NCBI RefSeq assembly: GCF_006345805.1
Contig: NC_042999.1
Location: 24,428,001-24,492,000 of the forward strand
From: Octopus sinensis
Lineage: Eukaryota
Direction: 5' to 3'
DNA length: 64,000 nt
Made by a program: the position numbers and the translations under genes. The notes below the pieces were generated by a model. The model saw only the letters and a list, made by a program, of their open reading frames with translations, did no database searches and had not been told where the DNA came from. Shown piece after piece: positions 37,888 to 50,565 of the stretch; the stretch's first letter is position 1; every line of letters begins with the position of its first letter.

Positions 37888-38320
37888 GGATCTTTTCGGT
37901 TTGAACGGCAGTTTTTTCTAGCGGTGTCATATGAAATTGTCACCCATAATTATGACCCTAGTATCGATCTATTGCATTTCAATCTGTTTTAAGGTTAGGG
38001 TTGGTTAGGGTTAAGGGTGGGGGGAAGGGTATCTTTTTTTCTTCACAAATGTAAATAAACTCAATCTGTTTCTTAAACGAGAGACATATTCATACGGCAC
38101 AGAATTATTTTTTTTTACCTCAATAGACGTCATTGATTGGTTGAAATTGCAGAGATTGAAGAAAAAAACAACAACAAATATCTTACAAACTATAGAATTT
38201 TCTCAATAAAACCAAGAGAAAAAGATGTTTTATAAACACATTCTACCAGTATACGAAGTTTAAAATTTTTTAGTTACCTAGAAATTATGTTAAAAACTGC
38301 TGTTCAAACCGAAAAGATCC
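37888..38320. mobile_element. Same GGATCT-TIR MITE
   Basis: TIRs, 8-bp TSD ctcttctt. Confidence 0.9.
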
Positions 38321-39154
38321 CTCTTCTTTTTTTATTCTTTTTAGAATTTCTCCTTTTTTTGTGTGTTTTTCTTTTCTTGGTTTTAATATCAGTGCTATTC
38401 AGATCTGTTCAGTTGTCATTATGGACCCAAAGAAATGCAGTCTATGTTGCTGAAACAACAAATTGTAGAAGTGAATTAATCTATTACAAATGACAATGAA
38501 AGGGCTGGAACAAATACCACAAGACATTTTATCTCTACCAATTCTGCCAATCCACTGTTATAATATATAATAATAATTATAAAATAATATATAATAATAA
38601 TTATAAAATAATATATAATAATAATTTCTGATTCTGGTGGTACGTAAAAAGCACTATCCGAATCGTGGCCAATGCCAGCGCCGCCTCGACTGGCTTCCGT
38701 GCCGGTGGCACATAAAATGCACCAATCCGACCGTGGCCGTTGCCAGCCTCACCTGGCACCTGTGCGGGTGGCACGTAAAAAACACCCACTACACTCACGG
38801 AGTGGTTGGCATTAGGAAGGGCATCCAGCTGTAGAAACATTGCCAGATAAGACTGGAGCCTGGTGCAGACTTCTGGCTTCCCAGATCCCCGGTCGAACCG
38901 TCCAACCCATGCTAGCATGGAGAACGGACGTTAAACGATGATGATGATGATGAATGAAGCATATAGTTCATTATGACTACTTCTTATAGGAATACCCTTG
39001 AGAGATGAAGACAAAGTCCATCCTTGCCCACGTTCTTCTATAGATGTTAAGGTTAAACATCAACTGAATCAGTCTCTGAAAGGCCTGCAATGGTCATAGG
39101 CACTACCTCTCTTCTAACTTATTAAAAGAAAGCAAAAGCACAAGATCATATATA

Positions 39155-39760
39155 AATAAAATAATGATAATAATGATATTGTATACAGTGTTCAGGTGCA
39201 CCACAACTTGTCAAAAAGTGCATATAATGTACAAATGTCTGGAAAGCGAACAATGTATGAGTCAGATACATGCTTGCGTGTGTATGGAGGGGAGAAAATC
39301 AGGTATAGTGTTGGCGAATCTCAGGAAGCATGGAAGTTTTGAAGGATGCAGTGCTCCGACAACTAACAACTGATGCCGGCAGCTTGCTTCAGCATCTCTT
39401 AGTGTGAAAAATGTTTCCAAAAGTTATGGGAGCTGTGCTGTTTTCTGATTTTGTAAATATGTCCACCAGTGTTAGACAGGTGGAGTTTGAAAAGGTGCTC
39501 AGAGTTATTGTTTGTAAGATGGTTAATAATTTTATGGGTATCTGACAAGTCAGCTGCTAGATGTCGGAGTTTCAATGTGTCCATGCTCAGGGAAGTAAGG
39601 CATTCAGAATATGGCAAATGCCTGATTGAGGGTATTCTTTTGGTTGCACGCCACTGAACGGCTTCCAAACAATTAATATCCTGGGCAAGATAGGGGTTCC
39701 AGACCGGAATTTAGAGTAGTTTATATTTTGTGACATAGAAACTTTTCTCACAGGCTTTAG
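39155..39760 (-). mobile_element. CR1/L2-type LINE 3' fragment
   Basis: EAVQWRATKRIP...YSECLTSL remnant, (ATT)n-like tail. Confidence 0.75.
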
Positions 39761-39886
39761 TGGCATAAATGAAAGGATATGGTTTTTATTTTATATTATT
39801 TGTTAAATACAACTGAAAGAAATTCTGTTTAATGTCCAAGGTTATTTTATTTTGTTTTTCATTTGTCTTGTTTAATTTTCATTTAG

Positions 39887-39971
39887 ACACCAAAGAAAGA
39901 TAATGAAATTGTTGTTCTTGGTGAAGCTCCCAACGATGATTTTTTTAAACTTTTGTACTATGTACTAAGAG
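39887..39971 (+). CDS. GalT/HIT-like gene exon 9 (TPKKDNEIVVLGEAPNDDFFKLLYYVLR)
   Basis: catttag acceptor, GTAAAG donor, phase 0 to 1. Confidence 0.9.
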
Positions 39972-40249
39972 GTAAAGAGCTTTATTTTATTAAATGTCTA
40001 AGTGTTTGAAATGAACTATTAATAAGATTATTATTTTTTTTTTTGGACTATTCGTCTCATTTTTAGAGATGAAACACTTTTCTGTATATATATATATCTA
40101 CATTGTTTTTGTTGATTTGATCTTATTTCCATTTGGTGCCTTATTTTTGGCAGTCTACATAGTACCAGACTGCTTTATTTCATTTGTTCCTTTTTTAACC
40201 CTAATTTATTCTTAAGAGAATAGTCTGAGATTTATTGCTGTAAGCCTTT

Positions 40250-41576
40250 GTGAGGTCCAACTTCCTGAAATCAGTCCCTACCACTTCATCCCGTGTCTTC
40301 CTAGGGTTTCCCTCTTCCATGGGTACCATCCACTTTCAGTGATCGGCACTTCTTTATGCAGCTGTCCTCATTCATAAGCATCACATGTCCAAACCAACAT
40401 TGTCTTCTCTCTTGCATGCTACATTTGATTCCTCTTATGCCCAACTTTTCTCTCAGTATATTTGCACTTTATCGTATATGTGCACTGATGTTGCACATCC
40501 AACAGAGCATACTACCTTCGTTTCTCTCCAGTCTATGCATTTCTTCAGCATTCAGATCCCATGTCTCACTACCATGGAGAATAACCATTCATACACAAGC
40601 ATCGTTCAGTCTACCTTTCATTCTGAGAGAGAGTCCTTTTGTTGCCAACAGAGGTAATAGCTCTCTGAACTTCCTCCACCCTAATCTTATTCTAGAAACA
40701 ATACTTTCAGAGCATCCTCCACCATTGCTAATTTGGTCATGTAGGTAACAGAAACTATCTACAATCTTAAGAGAGCCTCCTGGGCATTTGAGAGAATCTA
40801 ATTCCTGTGTGCTCTTAGTGCTTATTGTTCCTGCACATCTGCCACATACAAAGACTACTCTACCTGTTAATCTACCTGTATTACCACTGCATCTCTTATG
40901 CGTCCATAGTTTACACTGGGTGCAGCAGAGGGAATTTCTTCCAAGTCCTTTCCTACGTATGGAGCAGGGCCATTTACCTGACTGAAAAAAAAGTTTTATC
41001 TTCTTACTAACAACCATTTTTGTCTTAGCTAGGTTAACTTTAAGGCCCTTTGATTCCAGGTTTTGTTTCCATACCTGGAATTTCTTCTCCAATTCTGCTA
41101 AAGATTCTGCAATAAGAGCAAGGTCATCAGCATATAGTAGTTCCCACAGACACCCAGTTTTGAATTCCTCTGTTATAACCTGGAGGACTATAATGAATAA
41201 GAGTGGGCTGAGAACTGAGCACTGGTGAACCCCTACCTGAATGCTAAATTCATCACTGTATTCATGGCCGACTCTCACCTTACTGACAACACCAGTGTAC
41301 ATGGCTTGGACAGCTCTAACAAGCCAATCCTCTACTCTTAACTTCCATAGAGACCACCATATAAAAGAGCGGGGAACCCTGTTGAAAGCTTTCTCCAGGT
41401 TGATGAAGGCTAAGTACAATGGCTTACTTTTGCAAGAATTTTTCCTGCAGCTATTTCACTAGGAAGATGGCATCTGTGGTACTCTTTCCAAGCACAAAAC
41501 CGAACTGTATCTCATCTAGTTTAATTCTCTTTCTAATCAATTGAGTTATAACCTTCTCAGTAATTTTCATGACCTG

Positions 41577-41580
<4 letters not shown>
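40250..41580 (-). mobile_element. RTE-clade LINE reverse-transcriptase fragment
   Basis: ORF 40589-41419: LEKAFNRVPR, VGVHQCSVLSPLLF, LLYADDLAL, Cys-rich insert; frameshifted flanks. Confidence 0.9.
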
Positions 41581-41611
<31 letters not shown>

Positions 41612-41615
<4 letters not shown>

Positions 41616-41905
41616 AATAAATTATATTAGAGATAAAACCACTATTAGGCAACTCAAACAGTGATAGACATAAACCAAAACATAAAAAACAAAAAATAAA
41701 TATAATTAATATAATATACAATATATATATAAAATTTAAAATTTAAATTATTAAAATTTGAAATTTTTTAATTTATATTTATAAATTTTTAAATTTTTAA
41801 ATTTTACATATATATATTGTATATTATATTAATTATATTTATTTTTTGTTTTTTATGTTTTGGTTTATGTCTATCACTGTTTGAGTTGCCTAATAGTGGT
41901 TTTGT
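41612..41905. repeat. AT-rich long inverted repeat (tagagataaaaccactattaggc arms)
   Basis: Arms of ~130 bp are reverse complements; Penelope-like origin is inference. Confidence 0.8.
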
Positions 41906-41999
41906 CTCTAATTTAATTTATATTTATACTGTGAAATTTGATTTAATCCTAAATCTAATTTTTCCCTGTAACTTTGGATATACTCCCTAATATTATTAT

Positions 42000-42036
<37 letters not shown>

Positions 42037-42682
42037 GGCTTTGTGTCTGTGTTTGTGCCCCACCTCCACTTGATAACCAGTGTTGGTGTGTTTACATTCA
42101 CTAACTTAGTTCAGTAAAAAAGGTCAATTTAAAAGAAAGTACCAGGCATAAAAAAGAAAGAATTAGTATCAATTTGTTCAGTTAAAATTCTTCAAGGCAT
42201 GACCCAGTGTGGTCGCAGTCTGATGACTGAAAAAGATAAAAGAACCACTAAATTCTTTAGTAAAACTTTAAGCTAAGGGTGGTGTTATGACATAGCTATG
42301 CATCTGGTATAAAATGATATTACACAAATAAATAGTTGGTTGTGGTTATCTAAAAATAGCCTATCACAGAAATATATGTTGACACAGAATGCACTCCATA
42401 CTACTTGAACATAGGTACAATACTCAGTATTCACTGTTCAACTTCTGACTGTTAAACCAACACACATTGAACTAACGTGGTTAACTAACATATTCGAAGT
42501 AACACCATCAACTACACCCTGACAGTTCACTCTTATTTATTGTATTTAGTTAGTCCACCTTTAGTCAAGTGGGGGTGTTCAGGTTTCTCCCATAACAGGC
42601 AGTAACTTTTGTTCACCTATCTCAGTGATATTATGGTGCTGAAACCTCTAATGGTCACTTTAACTGCCAGAAATGCTTTTAA

Positions 42683-42902
42683 CCCTTTCGTTACTGTATT
42701 TATTTTGAGATTCTCTGTGTTTCTTTCAATTACTTTAAATATAACAAAGAATTTAGTAAAATAACTTAGTTATCATTCTGCTAGTGTTAGAAACATAAAT
42801 TGTGACTAAGGTTCAGTGGAAGGTTTTTATTTAAAACTTATGAAAACAAGACATTTGTACTCAGAACCAGAGCCGGTTTCAGCTGGGTTTGTAACAAAAA
42901 GG
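42683..42902. mobile_element. piggyBac-type MITE
   Basis: Homologous to 13065-13348; left TTAA intact. Confidence 0.7.
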
Positions 42903-43600
42903 TTGAGTCAGATCATAATGCTGGATGTTCAAGAAGCAAATGAAGGGCAGGTTTTCAATCCCGGGATTATCCTGATTCCAAGAAGGTATAATATGTCTGT
43001 CTAGAGCAAATGTGGACTGAGGTACAGAGGTCCCAGACAGACAGACAATTACACTTTTATTAATATAGATACACACATACACATGTATACATGCACATAC
43101 ATACATATACTCTTTACTCTTTTACTTGTTTCAGTCATTTGACTGTAGCCATGCTGGAGCACCGCCTTTAGTCGAACGAATCGACCCCAGGACTTATTCT
43201 TTGTAATCCTAGTACTTATTCTATCGGTCTATTTTGCCGAACCGCTAAGTTACGGGGGACATAAACACACCAGCATCGGTTGTCAAGCGATGTTGGGGGG
43301 ACAAAAACAGACACACAGACATACACACACATACATATATATGATGGGCTTCTTTCAGTTTCTGTCTACCAAATCCACTCACAAGGCTTTGGTCAGCCCG
43401 AGGCTACAGTAGAAGACACTTGCCCTAGGTGCCACACAGTGGGACTGAACCCGGAACCATGCGGTTCGCAAGCAAGCTCCTTACCACACAGCCACTCTTA
43501 CGCCTATGTTTATTTCACTTCCAAAAAATAGTAGTTAAATCTCCATTGAATCACGCCTGGCATCTTTAAAAAATATGACACATTATATAAGGGGGGGGGA

Positions 43601-43980
43601 AGCACTCCGTCGGTAACGACGATGAGGGTTCCGGTTGATCCGATCAACGGAACAGCCTGCTCGTGAAATTAACGTGTAAGTGGCTGAGCACTCCACAGAC
43701 ACGTGTACCTTTAACGTAGTTCTCGGGGATATTCAGCGTGACACAGAAAGTGACAAGGCCGGCCCTTTGAAATACAGGCACAACAGAAACAGGAAGTAAG
43801 AGTGAGAGAAAGTTGTGGTGAAAGAGTACAGCAGGGATCACCACCATCTCCTGCCGGAGCCTCGTGGAGCTTTAGGTGTTTTCGCTCAATAAACACTCAC
43901 AACGCCCGGTCTGGGAATCAAAACCACGATCCTACGACCGCAAGTCCGCTGCCCTAACCACTGGGCCATTGCGCCTCCAC
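43601..43980 (-). mobile_element. SINE family C
   Basis: Matches 22696-23065; imperfect TSD acatta(t/g)ataag. Confidence 0.9.
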
Positions 43981-44136
43981 ACATTAGATAAGAAGGTTAT
44001 TACAACTGGAATGTTTCTGCTTGTAGATATGCTTCAGGTAACAAAATAGGTTAATTTCATACTCAGTAGATTGTGATTAAGAATTTCCTTCCTACTTTCA
44101 AAACATTCAACTGAGCCTTGTATTCTCTTTTTCCAG

Positions 44137-44195
44137 CTTATATTGATGACATGGAAAAACTTTGTTTTAGTATGGCTATTGCATTTCCAAGTATT
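44137..44195 (+). CDS. GalT/HIT-like gene exon 10 (AYIDDMEKLCFSMAIAFPSI)
   Basis: tttttccag acceptor, GTAAGT donor, phase 1 to 0. Confidence 0.88.
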
Positions 44196-44298
44196 GTAAG
44201 TATCACATTTACCATTTTGAATTGAATCTGTGTGTATGGAGAAGGGCGTGTCTTAAATGTCGGTGTTGAAACTAGAATTATTGCAAACACAGACACAC

Positions 44299-44329
<31 letters not shown>

Positions 44330-44776
44330 TATATCATTTAATGTATGCAGTATATTTTGGGTTGCCGTTTTTTAAAATTTTAATTTTTTAAAAGGTTTAA
44401 TTAAAAATAACTACTAATTAATCAATAATATATTCACACTTGTTGTTTGCAAATTCTTCCCAACTCAACAAGATTTTCAATACCTCATTAGTAGAAATCA
44501 CCGAATTTCGATTTTTTTTTTTTGTTTAAAAGCCTGGTACTTATTCTATCGGTCTGTTTTGCCAAACCACTAAGTTATGTAAACACACCAGCACTGGTTG
44601 TCAAATGGTGGTGGGAAATTCACAGTTACGCTGGGCTGGCCATGTTGTCAGAATACCCAGTTCTCATGTACAGCCAGCTTGATAGTGAGTACAGGAATGT
44701 TGGTTGGCTATGGCTCAGATATATATATATATATATACGGAGATGTATTTGCATAGCAAGTGATGCAGCACGGATT

Positions 44777-44826
44777 TTTGTCAGTGAACAGGTCGCGGAT
44801 TTTAGCGACAAAAATATTTTGACAAA
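44777..44826 (+). ncRNA. Variant hammerhead motif (G3-C8 family), damaged by G12A
   Basis: Same fold as 19291-19341 with loop II ggatttta, but GAAA is mutated to AAAA. Confidence 0.55.
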
Positions 44827-44903
44827 TTAAACTTAAATGTTGAAGTGAATCGAACGGCTTTTGTGTGTTTCTTAAATGGCTTACAAACACCATCCACATT
44901 GCA

Positions 44904-44938
<35 letters not shown>

Positions 44939-45343
44939 TCAGGCTTCTTTCAGTTTCCATCTACCAAATCCACTCACAAGGTTTTGGTCAGCCTGAGGCT
45001 AGAGTAGAAGACACTTGCCCAAGGTGCCATGCAGTGGAACTGAACCCCAAACCATGTAGTTGGGAATCAAGCTTCTTACCACACAGCCACGTTGCACCTA
45101 AAATATATTTTTATGATTTTTATATTGGTGGTGATGATGATGACGGCATAGCATCTGTAATAGTGGTAGTAATAGTGAGGGCAATGAACATTGGAGGTTA
45201 TCATGGTGGTGTTAAATCAGTCGTCAAATTTATTGCAGCTGCTCATTAAAACTGGTATTGTTGATTTTTAGGTATTTTAATGTCTTGTCTGCAACTATAT
45301 CTTAATTCATTCCCTCTTCTTTTTTTCTGTTTTTTTTTTTTAG

Positions 45344-45448
45344 TTAAAGGAGGATGTCACAGGTCGCTTACCTGTCTATGCACGGCTGATATCTCGAGGT
45401 ACAGTTGGTGAAGTACGCTCTGATATCAGCTCCCTGGAGCTATTTGCG
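45344..45448 (+). CDS. GalT/HIT-like gene exon 11 (LKEDVTGRLPVYARLISRGTVGEVRSDISSLELFA)
   Basis: Long polypyrimidine tract plus AG, GTAAGC donor, phase 0 to 0. Confidence 0.9.
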
Positions 45449-46285
45449 GTAAGCTCAAGAATAGATTTCATCCGTCATTGTATCGTTTGTTTTCTTAATT
45501 TATCTTAGCTTTTTGATGTTGTTTGCATTGAATATGGTAACACTTACTTATTTTAATTTTTAATTCTGATGACATTGATTAAATTAAAAGCTTTTATTTT
45601 AGTTTGTTGGGTTTATCCCTTCATAGCATTCTATATTTCATTATGCCAGTGCTAGCTGGTTTTCTATGGTATTAAGTGTTTGACAAACAAATCCTGGTTT
45701 AGCTGCCGGTTTGTTACAGATGACTTTTCCCCTTTACTGTATTCCAATGAATCAGTTATCACTTTTACAGTGATGTTGTTTCATAACACTCAACTAATGA
45801 TACCACCCGTGTGAGAGAACCTCTGCATGGCTTCTTAGAATTAGCAGCTAATCTCCCTACAAAACACACTATGTTGTCTTTATAATGGAAGGTTATTTTG
45901 CTGAGTTAGTAGTGCAAAATTTTCAAAATGTATCATATTCTGTTAGAAAGTTACCTTAAATGAAGATTAAATTATATCATCGTTGTCATCGTTTAATGTC
46001 TATGTTTCATACTGGCTTCGCTTGGACTGCTTGACAGAATCCAATGAATTCAAGGACAGCGCTGTGGTATGGTTTCTATGGTTGGATGCCCTACCTGATG
46101 CCAACCACTTGACAGTATTTACTGGGTGCTTTATTCATGGCACCAGCAGTAGTGAAGTTGCAATGCAACTTGCAAAACTACAAACACTGAGGGGGGGGGG
46201 GGGGCTTATGCTAGCGAATAAGGTCAGAAAAACCATGGTGGTGCTCCAGCATGACCACAGCTGCATGGTTGAAATGAGTAAAAGA

Positions 46286-46320
<35 letters not shown>

Positions 46321-46321
<1 letters not shown>

Positions 46322-46735
46322 TAAATAAGGGTAGAAATTGATATTAATCAATTAAAACCAGTGGCCTGGCATATTTTTTTTTAAATCCGAAGATTAAAAA
46401 TTTTATACATACAAAATTTAGAGGGATGACCACTAATAGTGGACAGCCTGTATGCTAGATATAGACGTCAAACTCGCCATTTACCATGAAGAATGTTCTC
46501 AAGAAAAATTCAGCAAAAGCCAAAGTTTAAAAATAAGACAAATGAAAATATACGAAAATAAAAAACGATTACCTACATACTAATTAGTTTCACTTGTTAA
46601 TATTTACGTATATGTAAACGTATATGCAAACGTATATGTAAACGTATATGCAAGATCGTCAGCGTAGTCTGTCGTTTACGAAATACAATTTCTAGAACCA
46701 GAAATTAATTGATATCAATTTCTACCCTTATTTAA
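46321..46735 (-). mobile_element. Penelope-like remnant with inverted ends and a hammerhead motif; diverged relative at 13365-13520
   Basis: ~33-bp inverted ends aataagggtagaaattgatat. Confidence 0.55.
46573..46667 (-). ncRNA. Type I hammerhead motif (CUGACGA core, GUA site) with repeat-expanded loop II
   Basis: CTACG-CTGACGA-T-CTTG...CAAG-T-GAAA-CTAATTAG-TA-TGTAG; palindromic stem III ACTAATTAGT. Confidence 0.6.
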
Positions 46736-47252
46736 TTTTAAATAAAAAAATGTTCTCTAGCTGGTAAATTAACTGGAAAGCGGACGTTAAATGATAATGA
46801 TGATGATATAGATAGATAGATAGATACATGTATATACGTACATATATTTATTTATCAATAGATAGTGATTTATTTATTGGTTTTATTGAATTGATCCACA
46901 TATGAAATGGAGTTGCTCTTAATTACTATTCTGTAATTATGACATGTCCTCTAGAAACAGAGCTAACTTTAATAAGTCAAGAATTTTTTATATGACATAC
47001 TTGTCTATGTTCTATATACATAACCCATGCTAGCATAGAAAATTGACATAAAATGCTGACAATTATGACACACACTTAAACACGAATACATTCAAGTATA
47101 TATTACTACCTTTTAGTCAATGTTGTTTGTTACGATATTATAAATATTTAAATGTTTGAACTTGTAACTGTTTCGTGATTATCCATTTTTAACTCTGATG
47201 ACTGAGATATTTTTCACTTCAATACATTCTTGATTTTTTTTGATTTTTACAG

Positions 47253-47336
47253 GCATCCAACGTAAATGTCGATCCATTTCAAGTGGCTACCAAAGTCCGG
47301 AATTTTGTTGCAAAAATGACCAGTGCTAAAAGTTAA
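47253..47336 (+). CDS. GalT/HIT-like gene last coding exon (ASNVNVDPFQVATKVRNFVAKMTSAKS*)
   Basis: ttttacag acceptor, TAA at 47334-47336; the spliced CDS totals 1371 nt (456 aa). Confidence 0.88.
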   Translation, partial: ASNVNVDPFQVATKVRNFVAKMTSAKS

Positions 47337-48565
47337 CTCTTCATCAGTATTATTGTTGCAATTATTTTTATTTAAATTTTTCCTTCATCATTTCAAAGTG
47401 CTCTCTTGATGCTGCTGCAGCCTTTATATTAGAGCTCTGGTAGTTTCATCATCTTACATCGCATGCTCTAATGGCTACTGTAGCCCATCATTTGGCATTT
47501 GAATGATTTCTTGGTCTCTCTATAGACACACTGCAACGTGTGTTGCTTTGTCACATGGGATTTTCAGCAATGCATTTGGCAATTCCAGTCTTTCAAATCT
47601 TTATATTTATAAACTCTGTATTGATAAATGATCACTTGCACATTTGTACACTTGGATATCTCCTTATATGCAGATATCAATATAGACATTGATATTAATA
47701 TCTGAACATTTGCATACACTCATTTCATTTTTACACATACTCAAACATACTTCAAAAGGCAAAACACACTTTCAGTGACATACACACACATCACATATTC
47801 AAATTTACAAATGAGACAAAACAACGTTCAGTTTATATTTTAGAGTTTTTTCATCTATTCAAACCTCTGGCCTCCCCAAAAGTATCAAGATTATATATAT
47901 ATATATACATACACATATATATATATGTAGACAGGCATACATGTGTATATGTATACATATGCATACATATACATATATGTATACATATGCATATATATAT
48001 TTGTGTATATATATATATGCATATGTTTATATTTATGTATGTATATTTGTATGTGTTTATATATAGGGATGTTTTTAAATATGTACATATGTGTATGTGT
48101 CTGTAATGCATGTTAAATATTATGATAAGGATACATACACATGCTTATATACATAATTCATATATGTATACATATACATGTATGTCATCATCATCATCAT
48201 CATCATTTAGCGTCCGTTTTCCATGCTAGCATGGGTTGGACGGTTCTACTGGGGTCTGTGAAGCCAGAAGGCTTCATCAGGCCCAGTCAAATCTGGCAGT
48301 GTTTCTACGGCTGGATGCCCTTCCTAACGCCAACCACTCCGTGAGTGTAGTGGGTGCTTTTTACGTGCCACCCGCACTGGAGCCAGACAGAGCTGGCAAA
48401 CGGCTATGAACGGATGGTGCTTTTTATGTGCCACCGGCACGAGGGCCAGGCGAGGCTGGCAACGGACACGAAACGGGGCGGTGCTGGCAACGGTCGCGAA
48501 ACGGAAAGTTCTCTTACATGATATATATATATGTATATATATACGTACATTTATATATATGTGTG

Positions 48566-48627
<62 letters not shown>

Positions 48628-48709
48628 GGTCCCGGGTTGATTCGGGTTAACCACAGTAAATAAGGTACTCAATACATAGCAGAGTAAAATTAATTTATTA
48701 TATAGAAGG

Positions 48710-48760
48710 AGCTTCTACAGGACTAGAACTGTTTCATTCAAGAGAAATCTTCAGGAAGCT
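48710..48760 (-). ncRNA. Type I hammerhead ribozyme motif, identical inverted copy of 50459-50509
   Basis: Exact reverse complement of the + strand motif. Confidence 0.75.
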
Positions 48761-49076
48761 AGTTAACAAGGATTGTATTGGCATTTATACATTTAGGCAG
48801 GTTTAAAGGGGTGTTGGTGGGGGACTTTTTGGGGGTAGGCATAGCGCAAAAAATCATACTTGGGGGAGTGGTCAAGGAGTCAGTGTTAAATTAGATAGGA
48901 GAATAAATAAAAAAATAAAAAAATAAAAAAATAAAAAATAAATAATAAAAATAAAAAAAATATAAAAAAATAAAAAAAAAATTAAAAAATAATAAAATAA
49001 TAAAAAAATAAAAAAATAAATAAAAAATTAAAAAAAAAATAAAAATAAAAATAAAAAAAAATAAAAAAATAAAAAA

Positions 49077-49113
<37 letters not shown>

Positions 49114-49244
49114 TATAATAAAAAGGGGGGAATAGAGTTTTAGGTAAATAAGGAGATGTACATGTATGTGTGTGTATTTATATTTATTGGTGTATATGTA
49201 TAGACTAGCCTTCTAAGAGTGTAGACATGAATCTGTAGGTACGC

Positions 49245-49299
<55 letters not shown>

Positions 49300-50458
49300 T
49301 GTATGTATTTCTATGTAGGTGTACATGTATGTGTGTGTATTTATATTTATTGGTGTATATGTATAGACTAGCCTTCTAAGAGTGTAGACATGAATCTGTA
49401 GGTACGCGTACGTATGTGTATATACGTGAATGTATGTAGATGTATGTATGTATGAATATAACGCGTGCGTGCGTGTATGCGTATGAGTGTACGAATGAGT
49501 GAGTGTATGCGCTAAAGAGTGTGCGTGAGTGAATGAGTAATTGTTTTCCAGTAGACGGATAAATGGTCTGGCCGTCATAGCCAAGATGTTTGTGACCAAG
49601 CGGCCAAAGATAACAAAAGTAATAAACGAAGATAATAAAATTAAAATTAGGGAATGGGTCTGTATTTGTATATGTATATATATATGTGTGTATGTGTAGG
49701 TATGCATGGGTACACATATGTATATATATGTGTATATATATATATATATATGTGTATGTGTATATATATGTGTATATGTATGTGTATGTATGTATATATA
49801 TATGTGTATGTATGTGTATGTGTGGGTGTATATATATATGTGTGTATGTGTATATATGTGTATATAGGGACTAGTGTGTTGTGTGTGCATGTGTGTGTAT
49901 GGAGGTGTTGTGTGTGTATGCGTGTATGTGAGTATGTGTGTGTATGTGTATATATATATTTTTCTGTGTGTATATGTATGTGTGGTCGTGTGTGTATATA
50001 TACATGTGTGTATACGTGTATGCAAGTGAGTGTGTGTATGTATACATGTATATGTGTATGTGTAGATATGTATATGTATGTGTGAGTGTATATATGTGTG
50101 TATGTGTAGAGGTATAAGTGAGAATCTCCTTATTTACCTAAAACTCTATTCCCCCCTTTTTTATATATATATATATATATTATATATATATATATATATT
50201 TATTTTTTATTTATTTTTTTTTTTTTATTTTTTAATTTTTATTTTTTATTTTTTTATATTTTTTTTATTTTTTATTATTTATTTTTTATTTTTTATTTTT
50301 TATTTTTTATTTTTTATTTATTCTCCTATCTAACACTGACTCCTTGACCACTCCCCCAAGTATGATTTTTTGCGCTATGCCTACCCCCAAAAAGTCCCCC
50401 ACCAACACCCCTTTAAACCTGCCTAAATGTATAAATGCCAATACAATCCTTGTTAACT

Positions 50459-50509
50459 AGCTTCCTGAAGATTTCTCTTGAATGAAACAGTTCTAGTCCT
50501 GTAGAAGCT
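50459..50509 (+). ncRNA. Type I hammerhead ribozyme motif (CUGAAGA core, GUA site)
   Basis: AGCTTC-CTGAAGA-T-TTC(tctt)GAA-T-GAAA-CAG(ttctagtc)CTG-TA-GAAGCT; stems I and III fully paired, U.U at the base of stem II. Confidence 0.75.
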
Positions 50510-50532
50510 CCTTCTATATAATAAATATATAT

Positions 50533-50565
<33 letters not shown>

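Larger units (their letters stand above)
48625..50526. mobile_element. Penelope-like non-autonomous element with ~400-460-bp inverted repeats, each carrying a hammerhead
   Basis: Arms 48693-49157 and 50124-50526 around a microsatellite-like spacer. Confidence 0.7.
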
